Assembly: GCA_013265495.1 (NCBI GenBank)
Contig: MU058065.1
Coordinates: 3,761,003 to 3,825,002, forward strand
DNA from: Vicugna vicugna
Lineage: Eukaryota
Direction: 5' to 3'
DNA length: 64,000 nucleotides
In this document: positions 27,801 to 40,309 of the stretch, one piece after another
How positions within the stretch are numbered: position 1 is the stretch's first letter
Layout: each line of letters starts with the position of its first letter
Program-made: the position numbers and the translations under genes
The notes under the pieces: generated by a model
Told to the model about the DNA's origin: nothing
The model's database searches: none
The model's input: only the letters and a program-made list of their open reading frames with translations

Positions 27801-27999
27801 ACCACACAATCTTGTATATTTTTCCCTGTGCTATACATTATAATCTTGTTTATCTATTCTGCATTTTAAAATCCCAGTCTGTCCCTTCCTATGCCCCACC
27901 TCCTTGGCAACCACAAGTTTGTATTCTATGTCTATGATTCTGTTTCTGTTTTGTATTTATGTTTTGTTTGTTTGTTTGTTTGTTTTTAGATTCTTCATA

Positions 28000-28351
28000 T
28001 AAGCGATCTCATATGGTATTTTTCTTTCTCTTTCTGGCTTACTTCACTTAGAATGACATTCTCTAGGAGCATCCATGTTGCTGCAAATGGTGTTATGTTG
28101 TCGGTTTTTGTGGCTGAATAGTATTCCATCATATAAATACACCACATCTTTATTCAGTCATCTGTTGATAGACATCTAGGCTGCTTCCATGTCTTGGCTA
28201 TTGTAAATAGTGCTGCTGTGAACACTGGGGTGCAGGTGTCATTTTGAAGTAGGGTTCCTTCTGGATATATGCCCAGGAGCAAGATTCCTGTGTCCTAAGG
28301 TAAGGCTATTCCTCGTCTTTTGAGGAATCTCCATACTGTTTTCCACAGTGG
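28000..28351 (-). pseudogene. L1 ORF2p C-terminal remnant
   Basis: Minus-strand translation from 28351: PLWKTVWRFLKRRGIALP*DTGILLLGIYPEGTLLQNDTCTPVFTAALFTIAKTWKQPRC; contains stops; distal boundary approximate. Confidence 0.85.
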
Positions 28352-28494
28352 TTTTCCTTGCTTCCCTCTCCCACTGTTAATGATTTAGATGTCTTCTTTT
28401 ACAATTTTGTGTTTATTCTTTTTGTAATTCATGGCAGTTATCTCCTTTCCAGTTATGAATTTCTCATTTTTGTAGCATCCTGCTTGTTTTCTAT

Positions 28495-29387
28495 TTAGAA
28501 TAGACCTGTCAATATTTCTTTTAGCATGGGTTTACTGTTGCTAAACTCTTTTAGTTTTTGCTTGTCTGTGAAATTCTCTATCTCTCCTTCTATTCTAAAG
28601 GATAGTCTTGCTGGATAGAGTATCCTAGGCTGCTTCTTTTTTTCATGCAGGACTTTGAATACATCTTGCCACTCCCTTCTGGCCTGTAGTGTTTGTGTAG
28701 AGAAATCAGCTGAGAGCCTTATGGGGGTTGCCTTGTAATTCACTCTTTGTTTTTCTCTTGCTGCCTTTAGGATCATTTCTTTACCCTTGACTCTGGCCAT
28801 CTTGATTATGATATGTCTTGGTGTGGGTCTGTTTGGGTTCTTCCTGTTTGGGACCCTCTGAGCCTCCTGTACTTGGATATCTGATTCCTTCTTTAAATTT
28901 GTGAAGTTTTCAGTCATGATTTCTTCAAATACCTTTTCAATCCCTTTTGTTATTTCTTCCCCTTCTGGAACCCCTATTATGAATAGATTGGCATGCTTTA
29001 TATTATCCATAGGTCCCTTATATTGTTTTCACTGTTTTTCATTTGTTTTTCTCTCAGCTGTTCTGATTGGGTGCTTTCTGTTGTCCTGTCTTCTAGGTCA
29101 CTTATTCGTTCCTCTGCATTATCTATCCTGCTTTGTATAGCCTTTAGGTCAGCTCTCATCTCAGCAAATGAGTTTACTAATTCTACTTGGTTCTTCTTTA
29201 TAGCTTCTATTTCATTTTTGACATATTTTATATCTCTAAACACTATTCCTTTAAGTTCCTTCACTACTTTGATCACTCCTTTTTTGGAATCTTGATATAG
29301 TAGGCCAGCAATGTCTATTTCCTTGATCGTGCTTTTAGGGGAATTCTCTTGATCTCTTAATTGGGAGTGGTTCCTCTGCTTCTTCAT
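28495..29387 (-). pseudogene. L1 ORF1p (RNA-binding/chaperone) with a single 1-nt frameshift near 29007
   Basis: ORFs 28998-29387 (coiled coil, AEERISDLEDR) and 28495-29010 (IIGVPEGEE, QEAQRVP, RPTPRHIIIKM, ARREW, YPARLSF) join as IRDLW/DNIKHANL if one G is restored, giving ~297 aa. Confidence 0.9.
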
Positions 29388-29389
29388 AT

Positions 29390-30727
29390 TGCTGACATCT
29401 CTGGCACTGTGGCTTACGGAGTATCAGTTATCTAGTTCTCCTGGAGACAGTGTGCTCTTAATGATTTTATTGAGAGGTCTTTGTGTCTTCGCCCTGTTTT
29501 GTGAACTCAGCTTGCTGTTTCCAGAGACCCTTTATTGGCACCCTCATCTGTGCTGCTCCCAGTGGCTGTCAGCTAACAGATCGCAGCCCCTCCCAATACT
29601 GGGTCAGGAGCTGAGCTCTTACCCAGTGGGCAGGTGGGTCACTCCCCCTCCTGATGTGGCAGTCAGATGCTGCGCTTGGGGGAGGCAGGTGGGAGGATCA
29701 TGCCCCCTCCCAGCACCGTGGTCAGGTGCTGTGTTCCTGCAGGAAGTAGTGTGGCTGCCTGCCCTCTCCCGGTGCTGGTCGCTCTGCTGCTCTGTGCAGC
29801 TGCCTGCTCAGCCTCGGGTGGGTCAGTGCTCCTAAGGCAGGCTCAGGGAAGACCGCGGAAAGGCCCTGCCCCTGCTCCATGCCAAATCTCAGCTCCTTGT
29901 TTGTCTTGATGGCGCAAGTTCTCTGAGGTACCAGGGCAGAAAGATCCTATCTGCCTCAGGCTGTAAACAAGTCTCAGTCCTGCCTAGGAGGTTGCGGAGC
30001 CCCCGGGTGCAGATTCAGGTCTCAGCCCCACGCCCGCCTGGGTGCTGCACAGGAGGAGATGGCGGCTGTGGCTGCACCCACCTCTCTTCTGGGGAGATGT
30101 GCCAGTAATGGCCTTGCAGGTCTGAGGAGACAAAGGCTATGGTGCCCCTCCCCCCAGGGCACACCAGCCATGTTGCTTTGCTTTTTTCACAATTTATGGG
30201 GGACCAAGGTTGTTCTGCTCCATATCCCCTCCCAGCCACAGCGCGCAGCCCCCTGCTGTCCCCTGGGGCTGCCTTAGTGCAGCCGCCCCCGTCCCCTGCG
30301 CCGCTCGGCAGCCTGTCCCGGCCCCCAGCTTGCGTCTTGGGCTGGGTGTCACGGGGACCCTTTGTGCCCGTTTAACTCAGTTCTGTCAGTCAAGGGGTGC
30401 TTGGGGCAGATCTGAGCCTTGGAGGCTCCCCCTCCATCACACTGGCCTATCCATTGGAGTGGGGGGGGCCCAGTGAACGAGCGCCAGTCCTCCTTTGCCG
30501 CTCCCTCCCCGCAGGGTCCGTCCCACACTGTTTTGCTTTTTCTTCTTTCTTTTTCCCTTTTCTCCTACCAGATTTTTGGCGTCTTTGTCCATCAAAGAGG
30601 GCGATGTTCTGTCAGAGTTCGGCAGGTGCTCTGGTTGGCTCAGTAGGTCCATAGTTGTGAGTTTTGGTGTATTTATGGGAGAGGGTGAGCTACAAGCATC
30701 TTTCTACTCAGCCATCTTGCTTCTCTC
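29390..30727 (-). promoter_or_regulatory. L1 5'UTR internal Pol II promoter (CpG-rich, YY1-like AAGATGGC at 5' end)
   Basis: GC/CpG-rich block upstream of the ORF1 ATG; GCCATCTT at 30711-30718. Confidence 0.7.
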
Positions 30728-31367
30728 CCCAAGCCATTTTCTAGGTTTTATCTTTTCTAGACTTTCTCTGTAACTATTTTGGTGGGTCTTTCTTTTTGCA
30801 TAAAATGAATGCATTTATCAGCCTGAAGCCAAACTGTGGGAAATACCAAAAAACAACAACAAAAATAAAATAAAATAAAATACAAACTCTGCCCTCCTGA
30901 AATTTCTATTCTGGTTGGAGATACAAGACATATACACAAGAAATATTTAAAGTGATGTGTGACTGGGTATCTGAACTGATCGTATAGGGACCAGGAGATT
31001 AGAGGGGCAGTGTGATTGGAACATCTGGGAAATATTTTTGTGGAGAAGTTAGGACTTGATGGATGGACAGGGTCTGAAAAGGAAGAGACAAGGCAAAATG
31101 GCTTGGGGCTATGGCATTAATAGAAGCCAGAATAAGGGGGTGAAGGCAGAGTGTATCCATTCAGTAATTATTTATTGAATGCCTGCCAGAAAAAATATGC
31201 AGTACATATGGTGAGGTCTTGGCTCTCATGAAGCTTCCATTCCAATGTGATGGGGTAGACAATAAAAGGAAAAAAAATCAAATATTTTTATATTGTGAAT
31301 GTGCAATTAATGAAATAAATGACTAAAGTGATAAAGATCAGGAGATGAGATGGGAGTGAAAGTGTAG

Positions 31368-31530
31368 TCAACTTTTCTCAAAATTTTAATGGTCATGTGA
31401 AACTCCCAGAGGTCTTGTTAAAAGTTAGATTTTGGTTCAGAAATTCAGGGGTGTATCTGAGAGTGTATTTTCAAAATTCCAAGGGTTGCCAGTGCTGTTG
31501 GTCCACCACCCACACTTTGAGTACCAAGGC
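31368..31530. mobile_element. MER5A-type hAT DNA transposon inserted in an L2
   Basis: ttctcaaaatttt...ggtcttgttaaaa...tgctgttggtccaccacccacactttgagtaccaagg; L2-like sequence either side (~31150-32060). Confidence 0.7.
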
Positions 31531-32166
31531 TTTAGATGGTATGATCTGAGAATCTTGAGGGATCTAAGACTGGCTGTAGCACAGGAATTTTGGTAGGGTA
31601 GGGTGAGGAGGCAGAATGAAAGGAGGAGGCAGAATGAAAGAGAATGTTCAGAGAAAGATCTGGGCTGTATTGAGATGAACCTTGATTGCCAAGATTAGGA
31701 CCAAAGAGTTAGGACTTTAGCAGCAAGACCAGTGTTGAAAATGCCTAATGTGACAGGCATATGGAGGATGGAGTCGAGCAGGGCTTACCCATCATCATGT
31801 CAAGACACACATAGAAAATGATGCTATTACTGCAGAGTGGGGGGAAAGGGGGCTTCTGCTTGGGGAAGATCTGGGTTAAAAGGACAAAAGACTGAAGACA
31901 GGGAGTTACAATGATCCAAGTGTGCGAGGATGAGTCCCTTGTTGATGGGAGGGAAGGAGTGAGCAGGAGAAACAACCGCACCAAAACCGGTTTTTAGTTT
32001 AGAACTTTCTGAGTGTTTGGGTTATACATTGTGAAGAAGGAGAATGGTTTTAGCGGTGATAGGACCTCAAAACTTCCACAAACAGCTGAATACACACGAC
32101 TGGCACTCAAGTGAGAGTTCTGTCTGGGAGTTGAAATTTGTAGAATCAAACTCTAAGAGTTTAAGA

Positions 32167-32456
32167 AGGTTGGAAGGGATACATTTGGGAGTTTGAGATT
32201 TGCAAATGTTAACCACTATATATAAAAATAGATTAAAAATAGAGGTCTTCTGTATAGCACAGGGAACTATATTCAATATCTTGTAATAACCTTTAATGAA
32301 AAAGAATATGAAAATGAATATATATATGTATATATATGGTCGGGACATTATGCTGTACACCAGAAATGGACACATTGTAACTGACTGCACTTCAATTAAA
32401 AAAATTGCAGAACAATATAATGTCCTGTATGCACAATAAAACAAGGCAAAAAAAAA
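32167..32456 (+). mobile_element. 5'-truncated young L1 3'UTR with extra 3' segment and TSD
   Basis: gggagtttgagatttgcaaatg...ctgtatagcacagggaactatattcaatatcttgtaataacc...aactgactgcacttcaattaaaaaaa; TSD CTAAGAG(T/C)TTAAGA at 32153-32166 and 32460-32473. Confidence 0.85.
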
Positions 32457-33372
32457 CCCCTAAGAGCTTAAGATATATAAATAAGTAATTCTGTTTAAGG
32501 CAAAAGTATGAAAAAAGATGAGCAGATTACTCAATGCTGTGCTTCAGGGAATATTTACAACCTACAGGAGGAGAAAGAGGCACACATGGAGAAGGCAGGA
32601 AGGGGCTGGTGAGAAATACAGGAGGGTCAAAATGTTGTCAGGAGTAACACATGTCCGACAGGGGCGCTGGATACTGTGTGATGATTGGACTGTGATGGTT
32701 GTCACTGTCGTTGTAGACAAGCTGATTGGGCAGATTGTGAAAGCCAATCCTTACTTCTCCTACCACTTTGTCCCTGCCTCCCCAAGGGTCAGACCACAAT
32801 TGTCTGTTCAAGCATTTCCACCCGAGAAATGCCTTTTATCTCCATGGTAGGGGGTGGGGAGGAACGAAGGGAAGATAACCAAGAAGAAGCCAAGGTCTGG
32901 ACCAGTGGAGAATCTGAACTTACATGGCTTCTTGGACCCTGAAGCCCACGGTTCAGAGTCCACCCAATATACGGATGATACGCACCCTAGAGGAGGGTGA
33001 GGGAGACGAGAGCTGTCCTTTGTCTTTGCTTGTATTTTATAGGAGAGTTGAGTCCCAAAGAGGCTCAGGGAGTTAGGAGAAAATGACATCTGTTACCAGT
33101 AAGTTAAGAACAAGATCCCAAGCTTTCTCCACTTTCTGAGTGGTGATCTTTTACTGCAAGTGAGGTACAGAGTGGCCAGTGTTAAACAGAGACAGTATAT
33201 ATAGCATCCCTTGCCCCTGTGTCGATGGGAGCCTTGGTTTTTGCATTCATTGACATTAGTCTTTAGCCTTTCTAGATTCAGAACATAAGGTGACATTTTT
33301 ATGTTTACTGTATTCCGCAAGCTATGAATGCAGGAAAATCTTCAGTAAATGTTTTGGCAGCTCCATGTCGAA

Positions 33373-33388
33373 ATACTAGGTGGCAGTC
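33373..33388 (+). promoter_or_regulatory. Candidate CTCF site
   Basis: ATACTAGGTGGCAGTC resembles CTCF core CCASYAGRKGGCRS with two 5' mismatches; motif only. Confidence 0.3.
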
Positions 33389-36329
33389 TAGCACTGCCTT
33401 TAGGTATTTACAATTCCTGTCTGGGTCTAACAATGGCATTTTAACAAAAATTTTTAGAGCTATTTTAAAAAGAATAAACTCCAACGGAAGCTTTATAGAA
33501 ATAAGTAAACGAGTGGAACATTTGTCAATGACCTTTCCCCAAACCCATATTTTAAATTACAAATCACACATGCAATTTATTTAAAGTACTAAAAACTTAA
33601 GACTTCACCAAAAAATAAACAAAGGACATAAATACATATTTCACAGAAAAAATACGTATGGCAACAAACATATGCAAAACTCTTAACCTCTAATAAGAAA
33701 GAAAATTCTGTTAAATGAGGATATTTCTATTGCCTCTCAATTCGACAGAATTATTTTCAAAAGTTCTATCTCAAAGAAAAATCAGAGATGTGGTCAGAGA
33801 TTTATGTAGAAGCATCTTCCTTGTTGTTTTATTTATGAAAATCTAAAGACATTAACGCTTAGAAGATGATATTTCTTAAAATGGAATATTATACATTCTT
33901 AATTTACAGGACTTTATATCTTAGCTTCTAACAAAATTATATCAATTATGTCCAATTCATGTAAAAATGCAGACGCATAATGTTTAAAAACAGTCAGAGA
34001 AGAAGCATAAGTTCACCTTGGTTGGGGGACAGAGTTTGTTGTGCAGTTTTTGGGTCTTCAGGAGAATTGATCATATGGGTAAATATAAACATGTATACAT
34101 ATAAATATGTATAACTAGGTCAATGCCTGGGCTCACAGTGAAGGAACAAAGTTATAATCAGATGCATCACTGGTGGCTCCAGTCACCTGCAGCTGGTTAA
34201 TTCAACTGCAGGAGGGTCAAGGGATGGAAATCCAGCTCCTTCTTTGAGATGCTTTTCTGGAATCACATGAGTGTATGTGTGGGGTCTTAATGCCTCACTC
34301 AGGGCTGCTGTCAGCTCATAGATTTCCCAGTGGCAATAAAGAAGGGAAAATTTTGTAAATCAGAGAGAACCCCAAATCTTTCTCCTGAGTTATTATTAAA
34401 AATATCATCACCTGTAAATGTTTTGCCACACTGACAGAAGTTTTAATCTGCTTTTAATTCCTTTCTTTACACAGTCTTTCCTTCTCAGTATGTTATCTTT
34501 TGTCAAAAGCAAGAGATTATAATTGTTTACTTTACTGTTTGGTTTTATGTAAAGATATGGAATAAATGAGACTAAGGAAAAAATCAATAGAATTGTCTGG
34601 CTGAAGAGGTTGCTTGATGCATTCTGCTAGAAATACATGTCTTGGATGTTCAATGTATTTACTCACTAACTTAATCCATTGATTCAATTACTTGTTACCT
34701 TTATTGTGGAAATAGTAAATAAAAATGAAGGAAACCTTTGGCAAAATGATCTGACACTTTGGCAACAGTAAAGTATAAGGAATATAGAGAATCCAGTGTT
34801 AGAATTCAGTACCCAATAGGAATCTCTAAAAGGTTTTAATTTTCAGATGAACATATTTTTGAAATGAGAGCCACATATGGTCCCAGATGAAAAACACAAT
34901 CATAATCTACACATAATTAAAATTCTAATGATTTCATCTCACATGCCTGCAGTGTAACTTGTTGAAAACCTAGTTGGGAGGTAACTTCTGCAATGACTCC
35001 TTTCAGCAGTTTGTATTAATTTTTTTTGTAAATAACAGAAAAGCAACACTGAGATGCTTGTATATAGTATTTTTCTAGATCCTGTCCTTTGGCATGGAAG
35101 CAGAGTGTGAGACTTCTAAGTTCTTTCTTAAAATTTACATTGATTAGGAAAACACGTCAGTAACCACGAGAGGATTTTTCTGCAGCAGAGAGATGTTTGG
35201 GTACATCCTATTTCCAGCCTGCTGGTGCGATCCTACCCTTTGTGTAAAAGGACAATGTTGCTGGCCTATTATAATCATTTCCATGGAGAATCATATAATA
35301 TTCCACGGGGGAGGAAGCAGTGGCGATTGTCCCCCTGAGTCCTCTCATTTCACAGATGAGCTTGCACATTTGAGTGGTTTTTCCAGGATAGGTCAAAACC
35401 TACTCTAATGAGACTGATGAAAGAACAGATTTCATTACAAGGGAACACAAAGGAAGCTTATAATACTATTCATTATTTTAAAAATCTGCATACTTGAAAC
35501 AAATGTTTAGTCTGCCCCTTATGTGTCCAAGTAATAAGGTGTGGGAAGGGAGAAGAAGAAAATAGATGGATTTCAGCAAAGGCAGATTTTGAGGGACTCT
35601 GGAACACCAGGGAGGGTAAATGCTTGTGTTTCTTTTACTATTATATTGCAATGCAATTTGAGATCATCTTAACAAAAATGTTCACGTTTAGTAAAGGGTT
35701 GCAGAATTTCTCTTGGGCTTGTTTGAATTTATTTATGCAATCTTTGCGTCCAGGAGTCGTGTGGCATGAAGGGCCTGGGTTATCTGTTATTCAGGGTTAT
35801 TTCTTGCCTCTGATGCTACTTTTTCAGAAACATGGGAGATGAGCTCCATTTGACTTCTGGGTGTCTTAGCAAATTCAGAAGCTGTGAGAACCGGAAGGGA
35901 ACACTTGATCCAACCCTCTCATTTTACCGGTGAGAAAACCAAAAGCTGGGGATGCTAAGGTCTCTCCAAGGTCAAAGGCAGAGCTGAGATAAGGACCAGG
36001 GTCTCCTGCCTGCCTGAAGCAGGGCGAGTTTTCTACTACATCACTCTTGCCTTGGGATATTTCCTCTCCTTAGCGATTGAAAGGATATTGTAGCCACCCT
36101 TCTCATGGAGACTCACTATCCCTTTCCATGGTGACTGAAGCCCACCCCAACCCACTTGTCCTTCCTGTCTCCTTCCAACAGGTGGTGGTTGAACATCCTC
36201 TGCTCTCACTGGGCACTAAGAACTCCTGAACCCACCCGGGATGGTTAATGACAGTTCCCTAGGAAAAGCTGTGGTGGGGGCTCCAAAGACTGCCCAATGC
36301 AGGGTCCAGCAGGGGACAGGCTGCCTGCA

Positions 36330-36555
36330 GTGTGTGAAGTAGGAGTATTAGGAAGTGAATGTAAGCACAAGGCTCAGGATACTTGCTCTATCACTTGGGA
36401 GCTGCTCATCTCTGTGTCTCTGTCTCCTCATCTATACATTGGAGATGATAGTGGCATCTCCTTAATAGGATTGTCATGAGAATTGAAAGAGTTATTACAC
36501 CTGAAATATTTAAAACAGCAACTAGTACATAGTAAGTGCTCAGTAAATGGTATCC
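36330..36555 (+). mobile_element. MIR SINE
   Basis: ctctgtgtctctgtctcctcatctatacattggagatgata...tacatagtaagtgctcagtaaatg. Confidence 0.75.
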
Positions 36556-36639
36556 AATGTTCCTACGGGTTTTCATATATAAACAGTCATATTTATTTTT
36601 GGTTAAGATACTAGACTGTGGAATGACAAGGTTATTTCT

Positions 36640-37085
36640 GCACATGATTTTCTGTGCTGTAGCTATAGTGACCTTTCAATTCATAGAGTGAGCGTTTCCC
36701 TGACCTACCCCGTGGCCTTTGCATATACCATTCCCTTTGACTATGAGGTTTTTCCTTTCTTCATTCTTATCATCTTGTTAGATTCTATTTGTCCTTCAGA
36801 TATTAGGACCAGCATTACTTCTTCAGGTGAACCTTCTATGACCCCTTTACTACTTTACTATAAATTCTCATAGCTCCTTTATCATAGAACCAACATTGTG
36901 TCACTTATAACTGGTATAATCTTAGATGTATATATGTGAATATTTGATCAAAGTCTATCTTCCCCACAAGACTACCGTGCATTAATTAGCATAGAGATTT
37001 TGTCTACTTTTGACAAACTTTGGCTCCCTCGTGCCCGCAAATTATGGTGTTCAATAACTCTTTGTGAAATGAATGAATAGATGAA
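36640..37085 (+). mobile_element. L2 LINE 3' end
   Basis: gcctttgcatataccattccct..., ends gtgaaatgaatgaatagatgaa. Confidence 0.65.
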
Positions 37086-37591
37086 GCTCGGTCTAACAGA
37101 GTTTTCATCGTGAGATCAAATTGATGACAACTTGGATGTCAAACTGACTTCTCAGGAAGGACAGGTGAAATAAGTGGATAGAATGAGATGAGCATCATCA
37201 CAGTTTTTTGTGCAATCTGCCAGAGAATAAGGCTCTGAAGATAAGGGTGGTCTTCAAACCTACAAAGCTAGAAATCATTTCTCCTCTTGTAAAAACGGAA
37301 ATTTAACTTCATAACTTTAGAATATTTAATAACTCACATGCAATAAAATGCAAAATTTTAAGTGCACAGTTCAGGAAGTTTTTGTAAGTACATACCCTCC
37401 ACGACCAGCACCGCCATCTGCCAAGTTACTTTGGACCATCGTCTTAATCAATTTCGTGTGTTTTCTTATTGGTCTTTCTACTTCCACTCAGGTTCCACCC
37501 TGACCCAGTCCTTCTCCAGCAACCAGACTGACTTGATTATTGCATAAACTGGATTATTTGATTCTACTGCTTAAAAGCATCCAGTGGCTCC

Positions 37592-38015
37592 CACGGCAAA
37601 GGAGACTTTGCAGATGTGATGGAGTTAAGGGTCTCACCAGGGGGCGGTGGTCCCAGATTATATGGGTGGACCCAATGTAATCACAATGTGATAATAACTG
37701 AAAGAGGGAGGCAGCAGGGTCAGAGTCAGAGGAGGACATGTGAGGAGGGAAGCAGAGGCAACAGGACAGCTGGCTTTAAAGATGAAGGGGCCACAGGCCA
37801 AGGCACGTGGGCTCCTCCAGAAGCTGGCCAAGGGAAGGGACAGATTTCCCCCTAGAGCCTCCAGAAGGAACGCAGCCCTGCCATCATCTTGATTTTAGCC
37901 CCATGAAACTCACTTCAGACTTCTGACACCTGAACCATATGAGATAATAAAACTGTGTAATGTTAAGCCACTAGTTTGTGGTTATTTCTTCCAGCAGCAA
38001 CAGGGGACAAAGACA
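37592..38015 (+). mobile_element. MLT1D-like MaLR LTR inserted in an L2
   Basis: gactttgcagatgtgat, ccctagagcctccagaaggaacgcagccctgcc, ttaagccactagtttgtggttattt; L2-like flanks 37400-37590 and 38015-38300. Confidence 0.8.
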
Positions 38016-38318
38016 AGGTCTCTGCTTAAGATGTCCTCTTTACAGGAACACCTTCCCCCAAACAAGCCTGAACTAGAGCCCCTCACCTCCTCTCTCATCC
38101 CCACTCTGCTTCCCACAGCCCCACATTTGATTCTTTCACATTAAAACTCACCACTGGTCATTAATTATCTTTTACTTAACCTTTGTCATCCTCACTAGAA
38201 CGTGTGTTCTCTGAGGGTGCGGATAATATCTCATTCACCATTATATCCTCAGTAACTAGTAAACCACCTGCAACCCTGTCATTATGTGCTTAATAAATAT
38301 GTATAAACGATCCAGGTC

Positions 38319-38650
38319 CGTGCTGTCCAGTACAGTAGCCAGCAGTCATATGTGGTATTGATCACTGGCAACATGGCTGGTCCAAACTGAGATGGATTGT
38401 CAGTAGAAAACACCAAATTTCTAAGTCTTAGTATGAAAAAGAATGCACAGTATCTCTCATTAATATTTTTCATCTTAATTCCATGTTGAAATGGTGATAT
38501 TTTGGACATACTGCATTAAATAAGCATATTATTTATTTAATATTGAATTATTTAAATTAATTTCACCCATTTCTTTTTCCTTTGATTAATATGGCTACTA
38601 GAACATTTAAAATTATATATTGGCTTACATTATTTTTCTGTTGGGCAGCA
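38319..38650. mobile_element. MER33 hAT-Charlie DNA transposon
   Basis: gtgctgtccagtacagtagccagcagtcatatgtgg ... atggctactagaacatttaaaattat...ttgggcagca; ~330 bp with inverted termini. Confidence 0.8.
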
Positions 38651-39722
38651 TTTATTTAGATTGTGGATTTATTGAAAGTAAAACCCATATTGCATTCATT
38701 TTTGTATGACTCAAAATGATTTGCACATAGTAACTTCCCCATAATGTTTGCTGCATGAATACTTGTTAAATAAGTTACTGTATTAAGAATATATAATATT
38801 GTACAAATGCATAAAATTGGACTAAAATAGAAAACTTGCATTCAGCAATTTTTACCAACTATATTTGTGGCTACACATAATATTTTCCACCTGATAGATT
38901 TTCTAGTTGCTTTAAAATTAATACTGTTAATATGTGTTATAAATCAGCAACTGGAAATAGGGGTACAAGGCAAAATATTATGTTAGACAGTCTTGTGTTA
39001 CTTGGTCCAATGGAATTCTACTTCAGGGACACATCTTTTTCCTAAGAACACTCACTTTCTTATGAAACATTTAAAGCCATATGGAAGGAAATCCATTAGG
39101 CAGTGCTTCTCAGTCACTGTCTGCAAAGTACTTTGAACGTCCAGAAGAGAGAAAGCACATTCGTGGGTCAGGAAATGGAGCATTTAGGACCTAGCCCCAG
39201 GGTCCAGCCCAATCTCGTCTTGCTTGAATTTTCCTCAACATTCAGTACTTTATCTAAAAAATTCACCAGAATATTATATTCTATTCCATAATTTGTATTT
39301 GTTTTAGTATAAAAAAATTGCTCTGTAGTCCAAACCCTCAAGTAAAATAGACACTCCATGCTTTTGTCTGAGGCTACGTGTGCTTCTGAGGTTCTGATGC
39401 ACCCAGGGGCACTGGGACCACACAGGGAGGAGCATGGAAGTAGGACTGATGTCCTGGGTCTTGACGTTTTGTGGAGTCCTTATACGGCTGTGATGACACT
39501 CAGGTGAACAGTGAGCTGGGCAGCGGCTGGTGAGGAGAGGATGCAGTGGTTCTCCCAGCTGATGTGGACGTGAAGGGCGAGGAGCAGAGGAACAAAAGCT
39601 GTCAACAAAAATACAGAGATCAGCTCAAAGCCTGTGTTTATTGACAAGACAAATTGATAGATCAATCTTGTCTCTAACCACCCTTCATTTCCTTCTGGCT
39701 TCAGACTGTCTTTTGAAACACA

Positions 39723-39758
<36 letters not shown>
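39723..39758. repeat. (GT)n microsatellite (imperfect)
   Basis: Directly visible. Confidence 0.9.
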
Positions 39759-39881
39759 CTCGTGCACACACCCTCATGCACCCTTTAAAGCAACACTTGG
39801 AATCCTTTTGCCTGTAAAAGCTGGGGGAAGAGAAAGACAGAGGATTACTTATCTAGACCATTCTCTCTCTTGCCTAAATCT

Positions 39882-40271
39882 GTGGGTGGACCTGGAGATC
39901 GTCATTCTAAGTGAAGTGAGCCAGAAAGGGAAAGGAAAATACCATATGAGATCACTCACATGTGGAATCTGAAAAAAGAAAAAAGAAGACACTAATGAAC
40001 TTATCTACAAAACAGAAACAGACTCACAGACATAATAAACAATCTTACGGTTACTAGTGGAAAGGGAGATGGGAAGGGATAAACTGGGAGTTTGAGATTT
40101 GCAAATTTTAACCAGTATGTATAAAACAGATAAATGACAATTCAATATTTTGTCATAACTTATAATGAGAAAGAATATGAAAACAAATATATGTATGACT
40201 GAAACACTACGCTATACACCAGAAATGGACACATTGCAAACTGACTATACTTCAATTTAAAGAAAAAAAAG
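39882..40271 (+). mobile_element. 5'-truncated young L1 3' end with polyA
   Basis: tggacctggagatcgtcattctaagtgaagtgagccag...actgactatacttcaatttaaagaaaaaaaa; same 3'UTR type as 32167-32404. Confidence 0.85.
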
Positions 40272-40309
40272 AGAGATAGCCTGGCCCATTCTCCTTATTT
40301 TGGTACCTG

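Larger units (their letters stand above)
27668..30727 (-). mobile_element. Young internally deleted LINE-1 (5'UTR + ORF1 + ORF2 C-terminal stub + 3'UTR + polyA), 3060 bp, 15-bp TSD
   Basis: TSD CCCAAGCCATTTTCT at 27653-27667 and 30728-30742; L1-type 5' start gagagaagcAAGATGGCtgagtag; GC/CpG-rich 5'UTR; ORF1p homology; T-rich tail on + strand. Confidence 0.92.

Noticed and set aside
29389..30773. Several + strand ORFs antisense to the L1 5'UTR (ORF0-like?)
   Set aside because: GC-rich sequence gives long open frames by chance; the longest starts at TTG and none resembles a protein I recognise.
39850..40295. TSD around the L1 at 39882-40271
   Set aside because: Only a degenerate match (..ccattctc), offset from the element 5' end; not convincing.
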